Assembly: GCA_021613535.1 (NCBI GenBank)
Contig: CP075495.1
Coordinates: 2,232,001 to 2,296,000 of the forward strand
Length of the DNA stretch: 64,000 nt
Direction: 5' to 3'
From: Adineta vaga
Lineage: Eukaryota > Animalia > Rotifera
Positions 54,092 to 64,000 of the stretch are shown piece after piece. The notes beneath the pieces were generated by a model. The model had not been told where the DNA came from, did not search any database, and saw only the letters and a program-made list of their open reading frames with translations. Each line of letters starts with the position of its first letter. Within the stretch, counting starts at the first letter, position 1. The position numbers and the translations under genes are program-made.

Positions 54092-56414
54092 GATATATCT
54101 TAAATAAAAACAAAACAAGGACTTTAGTTTGAATCTTATCTGTACACGAAACGACATGGGCTATTATATAAGTAAACAAGAGAACAGAATGGTCTATTTA
54201 AGTAAGTCTATTATCGATTGTCTTTATCGATAATAAAGAAAAATACCCGAAGCAGAAATCGAAATGTGATCCAATATACAAACGATCCTAGACGTGTCGC
54301 TTGTGATCACAAATATTTGTGATATATAATGTATAGGACTTTACAAGACAATAGTGTAATATCACATGATTCAATCGTTAGTTAATAAAATTTTAATATG
54401 AAAAGAATTCTTTTATAGCAAAATAAAACATGATCGAGAACATCAGTACTAATGAGTTAAAGATATTTTGCTCAAGATAAAATTAACAAAAAAATCAGTT
54501 AGATGGCGTTAGTATTTGTCTCGTAACTTTGGAACAAATTGAGATAGAAATTATATTCAAGAAATAAATTTCAACAATTTGATATGGATCGATGTACTGG
54601 ATAAGTCTTATTCCAAAGGTGAGACCTGCACCTCTCTATCTTATTCTTATCAAAAGTTATTCGAAACACCCAAGCGTCTTTTATTTTGAAATGGAAAGTA
54701 GTTATATGTATTCGATCAAAAAACCTAGTCTTGTCTGGATTGCACTACTACTTAGCAAGGCGTAACGAGGTACAATACATTCCGATTTGTATTTGCCTAT
54801 CTCTACTTTGAATCAGTATTCGATGTTGTCTTTTGTAAACGAAAGATATGAAATGAATAAATAATATTCATTGTATCTTTCCGATATCAAAGTCTCTTGA
54901 CTCTTATTCAAGTCTTAAAATAATTAACTTAAGTATAATAATATCATGAAAAATACTGTTGAATAAATCAAATTCTCATGATAAATATCTTGTTCTTGAA
55001 TTGATCGTAATGAATCATAGATAGAAAGAAAGTTCAATATTGATTTAGTTGTACTTCACACTTCAAATGGAATCATTAAAATGAAAAAGAATTTTCTAAA
55101 TGTAATCATAATATCAAAGAAAATAATAATTAATTTAGAAATAAAAACCGTTCATTAAATCTGAAGTATTTTATGATAACATGATCCTTATTATTTTTAT
55201 TTAAACAAATAATAAAAACAATCATTTCGCCTACATTGAAACAAATAATAGCAGCTATACGAACAGAATCATAAACATACACATGATTAAAAAGAAAACC
55301 AAAGAGTAATTCACACAAATTTGGTCTAAATTAATTCAAATGTTTCATCGCTATTGTAAAACCTTGGTTGAAATCTAAACAAGCGAAGAGGTGTTTTAGG
55401 AATTGTGATAACATAATATATCAAACTTACTTTTAAATAGCTTTTTAACATTTGATTCATTGTAACAACTTAAAAGTTCTATTAATAGATCATTGTTACT
55501 CTTTGCTGAAATAAACATTTCAGAAAATTTTTAGAAGTCATAAAGAAAGATATTACCATTTTCATAGATAATTTTAGTAATTTCACGTTGCATTATTGAT
55601 GACTGTAAAGATGTACTGAATGTCCTATACAATAAAAATAAATAAAGATATATGTATTAGTAAACCGATAAAATACCATTTGATAGCTAGCATGACCTGA
55701 TCAGTCAATTGAGTATACTTTTCCATTTCAGTAAAATCAGCTAACACAGCTAAAGTAAAAAAAATCCTTTGGATTGAAACTAATTCAGGCAAATTTGTCT
55801 AACCTTTATAGTTTTTTTTTCTTATGGAATAAAATAGCTCGTTGTTTATAATATTCGACGAGATCTTCACGATTTGTTGGACCATCAATTAATTCAGATA
55901 ATAACTGAAAAAAAATCGCGATTATTGATCAATTGAGATTTACAAATCCTTACCTTTATTTTTTGATCAATCGTGTATTGACGTTTTTCGAAAACCAACA
56001 TGAACTCTTTTTTCTGTGCTACACCCATTTCGTTTGTTAAAAGTTTAAATACGGTAGAATCAATCCTCACCAATCGTGGATAAAAGTTTGTTATTGTCGC
56101 ATATGCATATAGGTTTTTCCACTTTATATACGTATAGAAAAATATAGAACGGACGTCGAATTCGATTATTAAGAATGGACGGCCAATGTGGACTTAACTT
56201 TAGGAAAGGGAAAGAAAATAGTTGTATGTCTCCGATGTTTCTGAGACAATCCATATTCATATGTACAAAGAAAGAAAGAAAGAATTATTTCTAGGCATCA
56301 AAATGAACTCGAAGAATCAAAATCATGATAAATATTAGTTAGAATATACCTTTTATTAATAATACTACAAGACAAGTTGTTTATTTAAGAACATGATAAA
56401 AAAAACAGCAAATA

Positions 56415-58062
56415 TCATACAATGTAACGCCAACCAACATGTTTATCACCTAAATCACGAATTTCTTCCTCTGTCATATGTTCATAACCCCATCGTTTCC
56501 GATCTTCTTCACTTCCCAGTCCACATACATCAACTACGATTTTCTTTTCACTCATTGATACAAGATTTGTTTCCGTATTTACATTCGATACCAAACCATA
56601 CAAACGATCTCGACGACGATTTTCTACACGAAGTTTAAGAAATAAAATTATAGCAGTAATCAAACCTAATACACAAAAACCAAGATTAATAGCATGACCG
56701 AGAATAAATCGAGGTGCATCTTGTGATCGATAGATTTGACCACCAATTGCACCACCACTATTTCCAACTGAAATCATAAATGCTAATGCAGTTGCTCGTT
56801 TAGTATGTGGACTAATATTACCAGATAAAAATGTGATACATATTGCAATACATGGTGATATACCACCAGCAGTCAAAAATATAGCCAAATATTTTACATA
56901 TGAATTTTGAACGACAATAAGAATAATGAAGCCGATGATTGTAATCAATAACCAGAAGACAATGAACACTGCACGCCGTGCATATCGATCCGAGAAATAT
57001 GCTGTTGTCATGGTGGTGATGAATGAGAAAGCATAAGGCGGTGCAGTCATAAGTTGTGCTTGATAACTTTTAAATCCAAGACTTTGAATGATTGTCGGTG
57101 AGAAAAATGAAAGAGAATAAAATGGTTCAGCAATACCAATGTAACATAAACAAAAAATATAAATTTTCCAATCTGTAAATGCTGCTTTAACTTGTTTCCA
57201 ACTGAAATGTTCACCTGCACCGGGACCAGCATCATTTTGAAGACGAGCAATAGTTCGATTACATTCTTCCTCAGTTAAAAATTTCGGTCGGTCAGAAGGA
57301 AAATCATTGATAAGAAAGAAAGCTATTCCACCCACAATAACTGTTAGAATTCCTTCAATATAAAAGATCCAACGCCAACCTTCTTGTTTACCTATACCAT
57401 TCATTTTACCGATAGCAAAAGCAAGAATACCACCAAATGCACCTGCTAATGCTGCAGCCGAAAATAGTATACTTATACGCCATGATAATTCACGGCGTTT
57501 ATACCAACTAGATAAATAAAAAGCAGCACCTATAGATATTTATTCGTTTAGATATCTATTTGTAAATAGAAAATTCAATACCTGGAAAAAGACCAGATTC
57601 AGCTGCACCTAATAATAATCGACATGCCAGTAAACTTCCATACGAACTAACAAGACCCATCAATGTCATTACTATACCCCAAGCCACCATAATCATTGGA
57701 ATCCATCGACTGGGTCGCATTTTTTTCAGGACAAGATTCGATGGAATTTCAAATGCAACATATGTTGCAAAGAAAACACTCAAACATGCATTGTATTGAG
57801 CACTAGTTAAGGGAAGTGTTTCCATAAGACCATCAATTTTTGCTTGACCGATATTGACTCGATCGAGATAGCTCAAAAGATAGAGGAATGTCATCGTTGG
57901 AATAAGATGAAGATCAAGTTTTTTAATCAGTTTCTTATCATCAGGATCGTCATCGGTTTCACATTCGATAGCTTTTATTGAATGAATTTCTTCATATGGA
58001 ACTGTTGGTTGAACAACATGAAGTTCAGTGTTATTTTGATTATCAACCGATGTTAACGTCAT
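56415..58062 (-). CDS. MFS transporter, allantoate/nicotinate permease (Dal5/Tna1, ACS) family; exons 58062-57582 and 57529-56415
   Basis: KLDLHLIP...LSYLDRVNIGQA, FEIPSNL, LLGAAESGLFPG/AAFYLSSWYKRREL, GWRWIFYIEG, QLMTAPPY, C-terminal LGDKHVGWRYIV. Confidence 0.9.
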
Positions 58063-58477
58063 CTAAGAAGCGAAAACAAATGATTGTTCACTATAAATAT
58101 GCATGTACTTATACTTACTACTAGGTTCTGGATGAATTGTTACAGATAAAAAGGAAAGATAAGAAATGGTTGCGATCACACATAAAAGTGTTGATGTCGA
58201 CTGATATGAAATATTTTCGTTTCTTTTCTTTCATTATTATATGTGTAGTGTTATTATTGTGAATTCAGATCTATGCGCCTTAGGTGTCTGTATTGTCATC
58301 ATCATTTAAAAGGTCATCTATCTTTTGAAAGTATCATGTTTAATATTCTCAACAACTAAATCTTAATTTATTTGTATTTCAAAACAACCCAATTTGTTAC
58401 TTTCTCTGAAATATGCTCAAGATGCCGTAAACGTTATTCAACATGAGAAGTTGATTCTCTTTAGGTAGAAAATATCA

Positions 58478-58908
58478 ATGATATTGTTTTATTTGAATGG
58501 TAAGTCAAAAACTTCAACACCTCTTTCTATTCATTTAAATATATCTTTACCATCAATACCGCGCAATATTAAGCATCATAATTATGCTACACGTCGTCGT
58601 TTAGTCAAAGAAGTTGACAAAATGTGTTTAAACGATTTAGTCGATTCTGAACGTGATAAAGATACAGTTAGTTGTGATCTTATTCAACGTATGGAATATT
58701 CAAAAATTAATAAATCTTTAGTATGATGAATAGGATGTAGTCGTATACCATTTCATGATTCAACAGCAATCAAAGTTTTTCTAGATTTATGTCTTGGTGA
58801 TAAATCGAAAGTTTGTATGACTGCTATGGTTTCGTCAACAACTATTAGATGAACCTCAAACGCATTTACTGATTGTCTTCAGCAAAAAGAACAAGTAGCT
58901 GTAACATA
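58478..58908 (+). pseudogene. Possible degraded coding fragment, unidentified
   Basis: Coding-like frame continues past TGA-TGA at 58724-58729 (IGCSRIPFHD...LDLCLGDKSKVCM) with a further in-frame TGA. Confidence 0.3.
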
Positions 58909-59464
58909 GCGGCACAAACAATATCAACTGAATAGCAATATGTATTAAGACAAAATAAATATTATATTTTTGTTTCATTGGTTACTTCTTCACTATGCGT
59001 ATATGCATCTTAAAATATGAATGATAATTATTATATAATATAAAGAAATCAATAAATAACAGATAATCGATTAATCATAAGCATACTCTTTTTAATTTCA
59101 TTATTCTAATCTAAAACTAAATAAACAATCTATATGAAAAGAGACAAAGAGATACCGTTATAGACTGAAGTATATATAGTCATCGGTCTGTTCATTTCAC
59201 AAAAAAAAAGACAATCTAATATGCCAGAAAAAAATTAAGCGCACTTGTCAATTTTTGTACTCACAATAATGATTACAAGAATCACATAAACATGCGAATT
59301 AGGAAAGCAAGAACATACAGAAGAATTGAATAGATCATTGTCTTTAGAAGTCATTGTAGTTTATCTGTCAGCTAACAGATTTAAAATTAGAAAGAATAAA
59401 GTTGTAGAAATAAAAATGGAACAGAGTGAGAAAAGCATATATTTAGAGAAGATGCTGCTTTTTC

Positions 59465-59604
59465 TTGAGGGTGTGGGTGATGGTGTTATCAGTTTCTTTC
59501 TGAGAAGACACCCAGATCCACAACCTCAAGATGAGTGTTTTAGAAGGTGCAAGTGTGAGTGTCTTCTCAGAAAGAAACTGATAACACCATCACCCACACC
59601 CAAA
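59465..59604. repeat. Perfect 43-bp inverted repeat (59469-59511 / 59559-59601, 47-nt spacer) formed by two opposed copies of a ~65-bp element with telomere-like ends
   Basis: GGGTGTGGGTGATGGTGTTATCAGTTTCTTTCTGAGAAGACAC and its exact reverse complement. Confidence 0.92.
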
Positions 59605-59831
59605 ATAGTGGTTATTCGTGTATTTTTCTACACTCTATGTAATGTTCTTCTATTACATTCATTGATCCGCAATAATTGAATGTCAATATCATATTAAGAA
59701 TATGGTTTTAGAGAGAAAAGGATAAAGTCGGCGTTCACATCTATATTCTGAAGATTGATGTTATATCAACCAGTTTTATGTTTTTTTCAATGTTTCTTTT
59801 TCTGTTCTATGACCACAACATAGAGCATCCT

Positions 59832-59902
59832 ACGAGTGTGAGAGTGAGAGCGCAACTCAGTATCTCTACTCATCTTCACTCACGTTCATCCAACACCCTC
59901 AA
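59832..59902. repeat. Degenerate G-arm/C-arm telomere-like mini-element
   Basis: GAGTGTGAGAGTGAGAG ... CTCATCTTCACTCACGTTCATCCAACACCCTCAA; the end resembles the element at 59465. Confidence 0.45.
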
Positions 59903-60260
59903 TATTTGGACTCGAAATGATTTTTCATGAGGATGATGGTCCGACGACATATAAAGACTTAAAATTTCTTATAATGACAGATAGATCATCCAGCATTTAC
60001 CCAAATTGATATTCATGCATATTTCGTGATGTTTTCATAATTATCAAATATCTCTGATTTAAGAAGAAGCATAACAACTGGGTTTCGATATTACTTCCAA
60101 TTTTTATGATAAAAATCATTGTGCATCTTTGTCAATTTCGATCAATCGATACGTGAACATAAATTAGATATAAATATTAATTAGAAAATCAAAATTATCA
60201 TATCATATTTTATTTAATAGAAAAGTTTAAATCTTACAAGACTTGAACGAATTCTCTTAG

Positions 60261-60378
60261 CATGAGCATCGTGAGGGCGTGAGGGCGTGGGTGTGGGTAT
60301 GAGTCTGGGGAGGATACAAGCAGGTATTACTGTTGCCCTCACCTCACCCATACCCTTACGCTCACCATCACTCTCATT
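60261..60378. repeat. Telomere-like hexamer arms in inverted arrangement (TGAGGG/TGTGGG-like ... CCCTCA/CCCATA-like)
   Basis: GTGAGGGCGTGAGGGCGTGGGTGTGGGTATGAGTCTGGGG, a short spacer, then CCCTCACCTCACCCATACCCTTACGCTCACCATCACTCTCA. Confidence 0.7.
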
Positions 60379-61672
60379 CTGGTGTATTAATCGTGAATTG
60401 AAATAAACCGAACTGTTTATACGATGGGAAACCTTGACTTTATTGCGTAGAAAATTGTTGTTCGTAAATAAATCAAGCTAAAATCAGCCATTGTTTTTTT
60501 CCCAGCTATTGATAACAGTATAGTTCGTAGCTCCAAAAATATATTTGTTTGCATATAAAGAATACTTTATTGAAAGTGTTCGACTTCGTAGCATAGTGCT
60601 TAAAAGAGAGAGTAGTTTACACCCGAACAAATTAAAAATTATTCTTATAAGACGCCTGAAATCATAGTCTCGTGGGACAGGTTCGGAATAAATTAATTTA
60701 TCTTCTTTTATCATGTCGAATATGCAATGAATAAAGGCAGTCATAATTTCAACTCAATCGAAGTGGACCCGTACATTGAAAATTTCTCTCATAATAAGTA
60801 CATTCCAATGTTTTCAATATTTTTCGATATTAGCAAATATTAAATTCGATTCTGCTGTTAGAAGCACACAATTTATATTAACTGGCCATCTTTTCGAGTC
60901 TTTTTGCATTAATTCACCTCCATAGATTTGTTATATACAGATATATAATGCAACAGGAACAATAGAACAATAAGAGAGACAATGTTAACGCCCGACAAGC
61001 AATTAAGTTTCTAGACAGGCCATGTTAAGAATTTTAATTCTGCCATTGACTGTTTCGCATGGACGATATATTTGTATTGTTATTAATGATCTATGAAGAG
61101 TAGTATATATAGAAATAAAATCTATATATTTATCATCATTTTGAACATATTCGTCAACAAAATATCTGTTTTGCATATATCTTCATCTGTTCTAATTATC
61201 ATGTTGAATGTGCATTATCACTTTCATTTCGCAGTAAGAATAAATCAATCAATTAATCATAGATTAGCAATATATTTTCGTGTAGTCTGAGTGTGCCAGA
61301 GTAGAATAATCATACCCATATCCTTTTCCGATAGTGTAATTACATGGATAATTTACCCCAAAAAAATAATAATGACTATTTTGGCCATGTTTGAGGCAAT
61401 TTTATTTTCTAGACTCTATCCTTACAATACAATCTAGAAAATAAATCATTCAGTTATAGATAGTAAAATATGGATTTTATTTGAATATATTGGAACGATC
61501 GTTTGTCGAGGAACGAAAGATTAGTGAATGAAAATAAAGAAAGACTTCCGATATTAACAAACTATCTATTCTTGTTCATTTGATGTAATATTCAATGATC
61601 ACTATTTTCATCTAGAATAAGAATTAAATTCAATACTATTATTTTATTTTTTTGTTTTTTTTGTAGATTACT

Positions 61673-61992
61673 ATGCATTCTTTTTGCTGTTGTGTCAAAG
61701 ACAGCGTGGATAATAGTAACAGTGGGGATAATAGTAACACTATTATTAATGGTACAGCAAAGAAAAATATTATTAATGAACAGCCAAAACTAGCTGATAT
61801 CAATCTTAACGATAAATTTAATGGAAATAATATGATTCATAATCAACCAAAAGTAAACAATGAAGTGAGTTTTTTTCTATAATTCATTGTGCATACTTAT
61901 ATTTATCTGATTTTATTTTATAGATAGACTCAGAAATATTCACATTCTTGTTACAAAACTTCGAAAATGTTAATCTTCGACGAAAATATTAA
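61673..61992 (+). CDS. Putative small orphan protein (86 aa; exons 61673-61864, 61924-61992) with N-terminal Cys cluster
   Basis: Polypyrimidine/AG acceptor just before the ATG, a GTGAGT donor, a 59-nt phase-0 intron and an in-frame second exon IDSEIFTFLLQNFENVNLRRKY*. Confidence 0.5.
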
Positions 61993-62619
61993 CTTATTCC
62001 ATTACACGAAACTATACATTAAAACGATTCCAATAAATTCGTTTTTTTGTATCGATAGGACTTTATGTATTCATATAATAAATGTTTATTAGTTTATTCA
62101 TTAGTATTCATTTTTCTTCTAAAAAAATAAAATATTTATAATTAATTTTCTCTGTTATTAATTATTTTATTAAGAGAAAAGCATTTGAAGGTATAGATTA
62201 TCAAAAAGATTCTATATTGCGGATGGTCTCTCTTGAAATATGAACAACGTCTATTATAACGGGTGAGTCAAAACGAATGGTCTTCTTAGTATTTTCCGTG
62301 TAACTCATTCATTTTTCAGTGCTTAAGAAAAAATTTTTTTACCGAAAGATTCCTCGTGAGACTCTCTACAAAATGTATATATTTTTATTGTCTCAAATGA
62401 TCTCCATTATTTTGTGACATGTGATACAATCTATTCATCTAAGAACTATAACTTTCAAAGAGTTTTGCTTTTATCTGAAAAGAAAACACTTATAATTAGA
62501 ATAAACTTTAGTTTACAGATTGAAATTTAATATTTTGTTTTCGAAAGTTAATACATATTTAAACAATAACATCTGAGCTGTGTTCTCATATAACTAAGTT
62601 GCCAGATCAATTCGTCTCA

Positions 62620-62696
62620 CTATTGGGACAAGCTAAAAATACCTGTCCTCCAAAGTCGAGGGCTAAGTGAGTCGGCACGACGAGCGTTACTTGTTA
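62620..62696 (+). mobile_element. Possible 3' terminus of a Helentron/DINE-1-like non-autonomous element
   Basis: GC-rich island ending in a GTCG-GCA-CGAC mini-hairpin plus GAGCGTTACTTGTT; it truncates the adjacent GPCR remnant. Confidence 0.3.
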
Positions 62697-63080
62697 AAAA
62701 TGGAATAAAAAAGTGAAATGAATTTATAATTCGATTCTAAATTTGTAAATTTAACGAATAATTAGCAATACATCAAATTCTGTTCTTATGATTATCATTT
62801 TCTTCTTTAGATAAACATCGGTTAAATGGATCATGAATTGTTGTTAAAATAATAAATATTAAAAGTAGGGATGTCACTTTTGCGTTTCGTTCTGAATAAT
62901 GGGAACGGGGAACGCTGACACCCCTGAACTAAAAGAATACTGATGATTATGTTAGATAAATTTTGACATTTTTTCTTTATAAATCGAGTATCTTTAATAA
63001 ATATTATTGTTCTTTCTAAAGATACACAAGCATGTAGCCATTGATTCATTAAAAGACAAATTAACAGAAGGAAATCTAAT
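62693..63080 (-). pseudogene. Class A GPCR remnant (TM3-TM5), interrupted by a MITE and in-frame stops
   Basis: LDFLLLICLLMNQWLHACVSLER...IIISILL [insertion] LLIFIILTTIHDPFNRCL...RI*CIANYS...QI*NRIINSFHFFIPFL. Confidence 0.72.
62866..62926. mobile_element. 61-bp hAT-type MITE
   Basis: TIRs TAGGGATGTCA / TGACACCCCTG (reverse complement CAGGGGTGTCA), internal GGAACG repeats, near-perfect 8-bp TSD ATTAAAAG / (A)ACTAAAAG. Confidence 0.75.
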
Positions 63081-63081
63081 C

Positions 63082-63114
63082 TTGAGTGAGGATGTGGGTG
63101 AGAGTATGTCTTCT
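63082..63114. repeat. Truncated telomere-like mini-element arm
   Basis: TTGAGTGAGGATGTGGGTGAGAGTATGTCTTCT resembles the G-arm plus GTCTTCT core of the element at 59540-59604. Confidence 0.5.
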
Positions 63115-63130
63115 TCAATCTAATTCTCGC

Positions 63131-64000
63131 TTAACAATTGAAATAAAGCATGACACCGTCGGATTGTTTAGCAATGATATCGATTTTATTGTCGCCATTC
63201 AAATCACTTGCAACTGCTAATATTTGAGAGGTTGCCGAAATAATTTGATAGGTAATTTTAGAACTAAAAATACCATTACCTTCATTAAAAAGAATACTGA
63301 TGTTGATATCAAGACTATTGGCAACAACTATATCAGGTTTGCTGTCATGATTAATATCAATAATGGTAAGAGATGTTGGAAAATAACCAACTGAATAAGT
63401 AAATTCAGATGAAAAAGTACTATTACCTTCTTTAAGAAAAATAGCGATTGTGGCCAATTCAGCATATCTAACAATAATGTCAGGTTTGTTATCGTTGGTC
63501 AGATCGGCTACGGCTAATGATGCTGGTGTAGTTTTGAGTGAATAAGTTATTGGAGAAAAATTACCAATACATGTATTATAAAGAATAACAAAATTGGGCA
63601 AAGACCGAACGAGAACAACAATATCAAGTTTTCCATTGTTATTCATATCGTTTACAGCAACTGGAATTGGACTAGAACCAATGGCGTACTGTGTTTCATT
63701 TACGAATGTCCCGTCGCCAAGATTAAGAAGAGTACAAACTTTTGTCGCACTCGGATGAGAGCCTCCGATCGCAAGATCGGGTTTGTCATTATTATTCACA
63801 TCCATTATTAGTATGGAGCTTGCATGGGTATCGACTGCGTAAGCAACCTCCTTCATGAATTTTCCATTTCCTGAATTGAGAAAAATAAGAATGTTAAGAT
63901 TAGCTCGTAGTCCAACAATAAGATCGGGTGCTTTATCATTATTTAAATCGGCCACAATTACTCCGTATGGAATATTATTAAGTAAATATTTAGTTTCATT
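63131..64000 (-). CDS. FG-GAP/VCBS repeat (integrin-alpha-like beta-propeller) protein, 3' part; starts beyond window end
   Basis: Repeated DxNNDxKPDxxV...IxILxNxGNGxF units; no introns in the visible part. Confidence 0.85.
   Translation of the reverse strand, partial: NETKYLLNNIPYGVIVADLNNDKAPDLIVGLRANLNILIFLNSGNGKFMKEVAYAVDTHASSILIMDVNNNDKPDLAIGGSHPSATKVCTLLNLGDGTFVNETQYAIGSSPIPVAVNDMNNNGKLDIVVLVRSLPNFVILYNTCIGNFSPITYSLKTTPASLAVADLTNDNKPDIIVRYAELATIAIFLKEGNSTFSSEFTYSVGYFPTSLTIIDINHDSKPDIVVANSLDINISILFNEGNGIFSSKITYQIISATSQILAVASDLNGDNKIDIIAKQSDGVMLYFNC

Noticed and set aside
54225-54232. DRE-like TATCGATA upstream of DUT (also at 38932 beside ECHS1)
   Set aside because: ATCGAT words are very frequent in this AT-rich window, so this cannot be distinguished from chance.
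59326-59679. 117-aa ORF spanning the hairpin
   Set aside because: By-product of the inverted repeat; non-ATG start and no protein features.
60484-61290. Short ORFs in the gene-poor region
   Set aside because: No recognisable motifs or consistent splice structure.
62256-62380. Tc1/mariner-like terminal sequence (CGGGTGAGTCAAAA); similar hint at about 59221
   Set aside because: No matching second TIR or transposase remnant was found.
1-64000. tRNA, rRNA or hammerhead ribozyme genes
   Set aside because: No convincing cloverleaf, rRNA signature or complete hammerhead core seen by eye; a tRNAscan/Infernal run would be needed to exclude them.

Overview
AT-rich (visually about 30% GC) eukaryotic genomic DNA with many very short (about 50-60 nt) GT-AG introns. 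It is most consistent with a bdelloid rotifer; this is an inference from gene content, lineage-typical ART-TPR, FG-GAP and GPCR families, and TGTGGG/TGAGGG-like repeats. The first ~54 kb is a dense block of metazoan genes: UTP20 (partial), Hv1 proton channel, a multi-PDZ MPDZ/PATJ gene, coilin, a PLAT-domain gene, Tlx homeobox, SLC38A11-like, QSOX, ECHS1, LIN54, LysMD, BCKDHA, NTAQ1, a double-WAP protein and dUTPase. Interleaved are intronless accessory genes: a PAN/apple secreted protein, an ADP-ribosyltransferase-TPR protein, a bacterial-type nitrilase/amidase and a fungal Grg1-like small protein. The last ~10 kb is gene-poor. It holds a fungal-type Dal5/Tna1 MFS transporter that has gained introns, a family of tiny telomere-repeat-like inverted-repeat elements (one forming a perfect 43-bp hairpin), a GPCR pseudogene split by a 61-bp hAT MITE, and a partial FG-GAP repeat gene. 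The best candidate for an under-described system is the ART-TPR protein, an apparently catalytically intact toxin-like enzyme fused to variable 42-aa repeats in an NLR-like effector-sensor layout. All calls come from reading the sequence; no searches were run.
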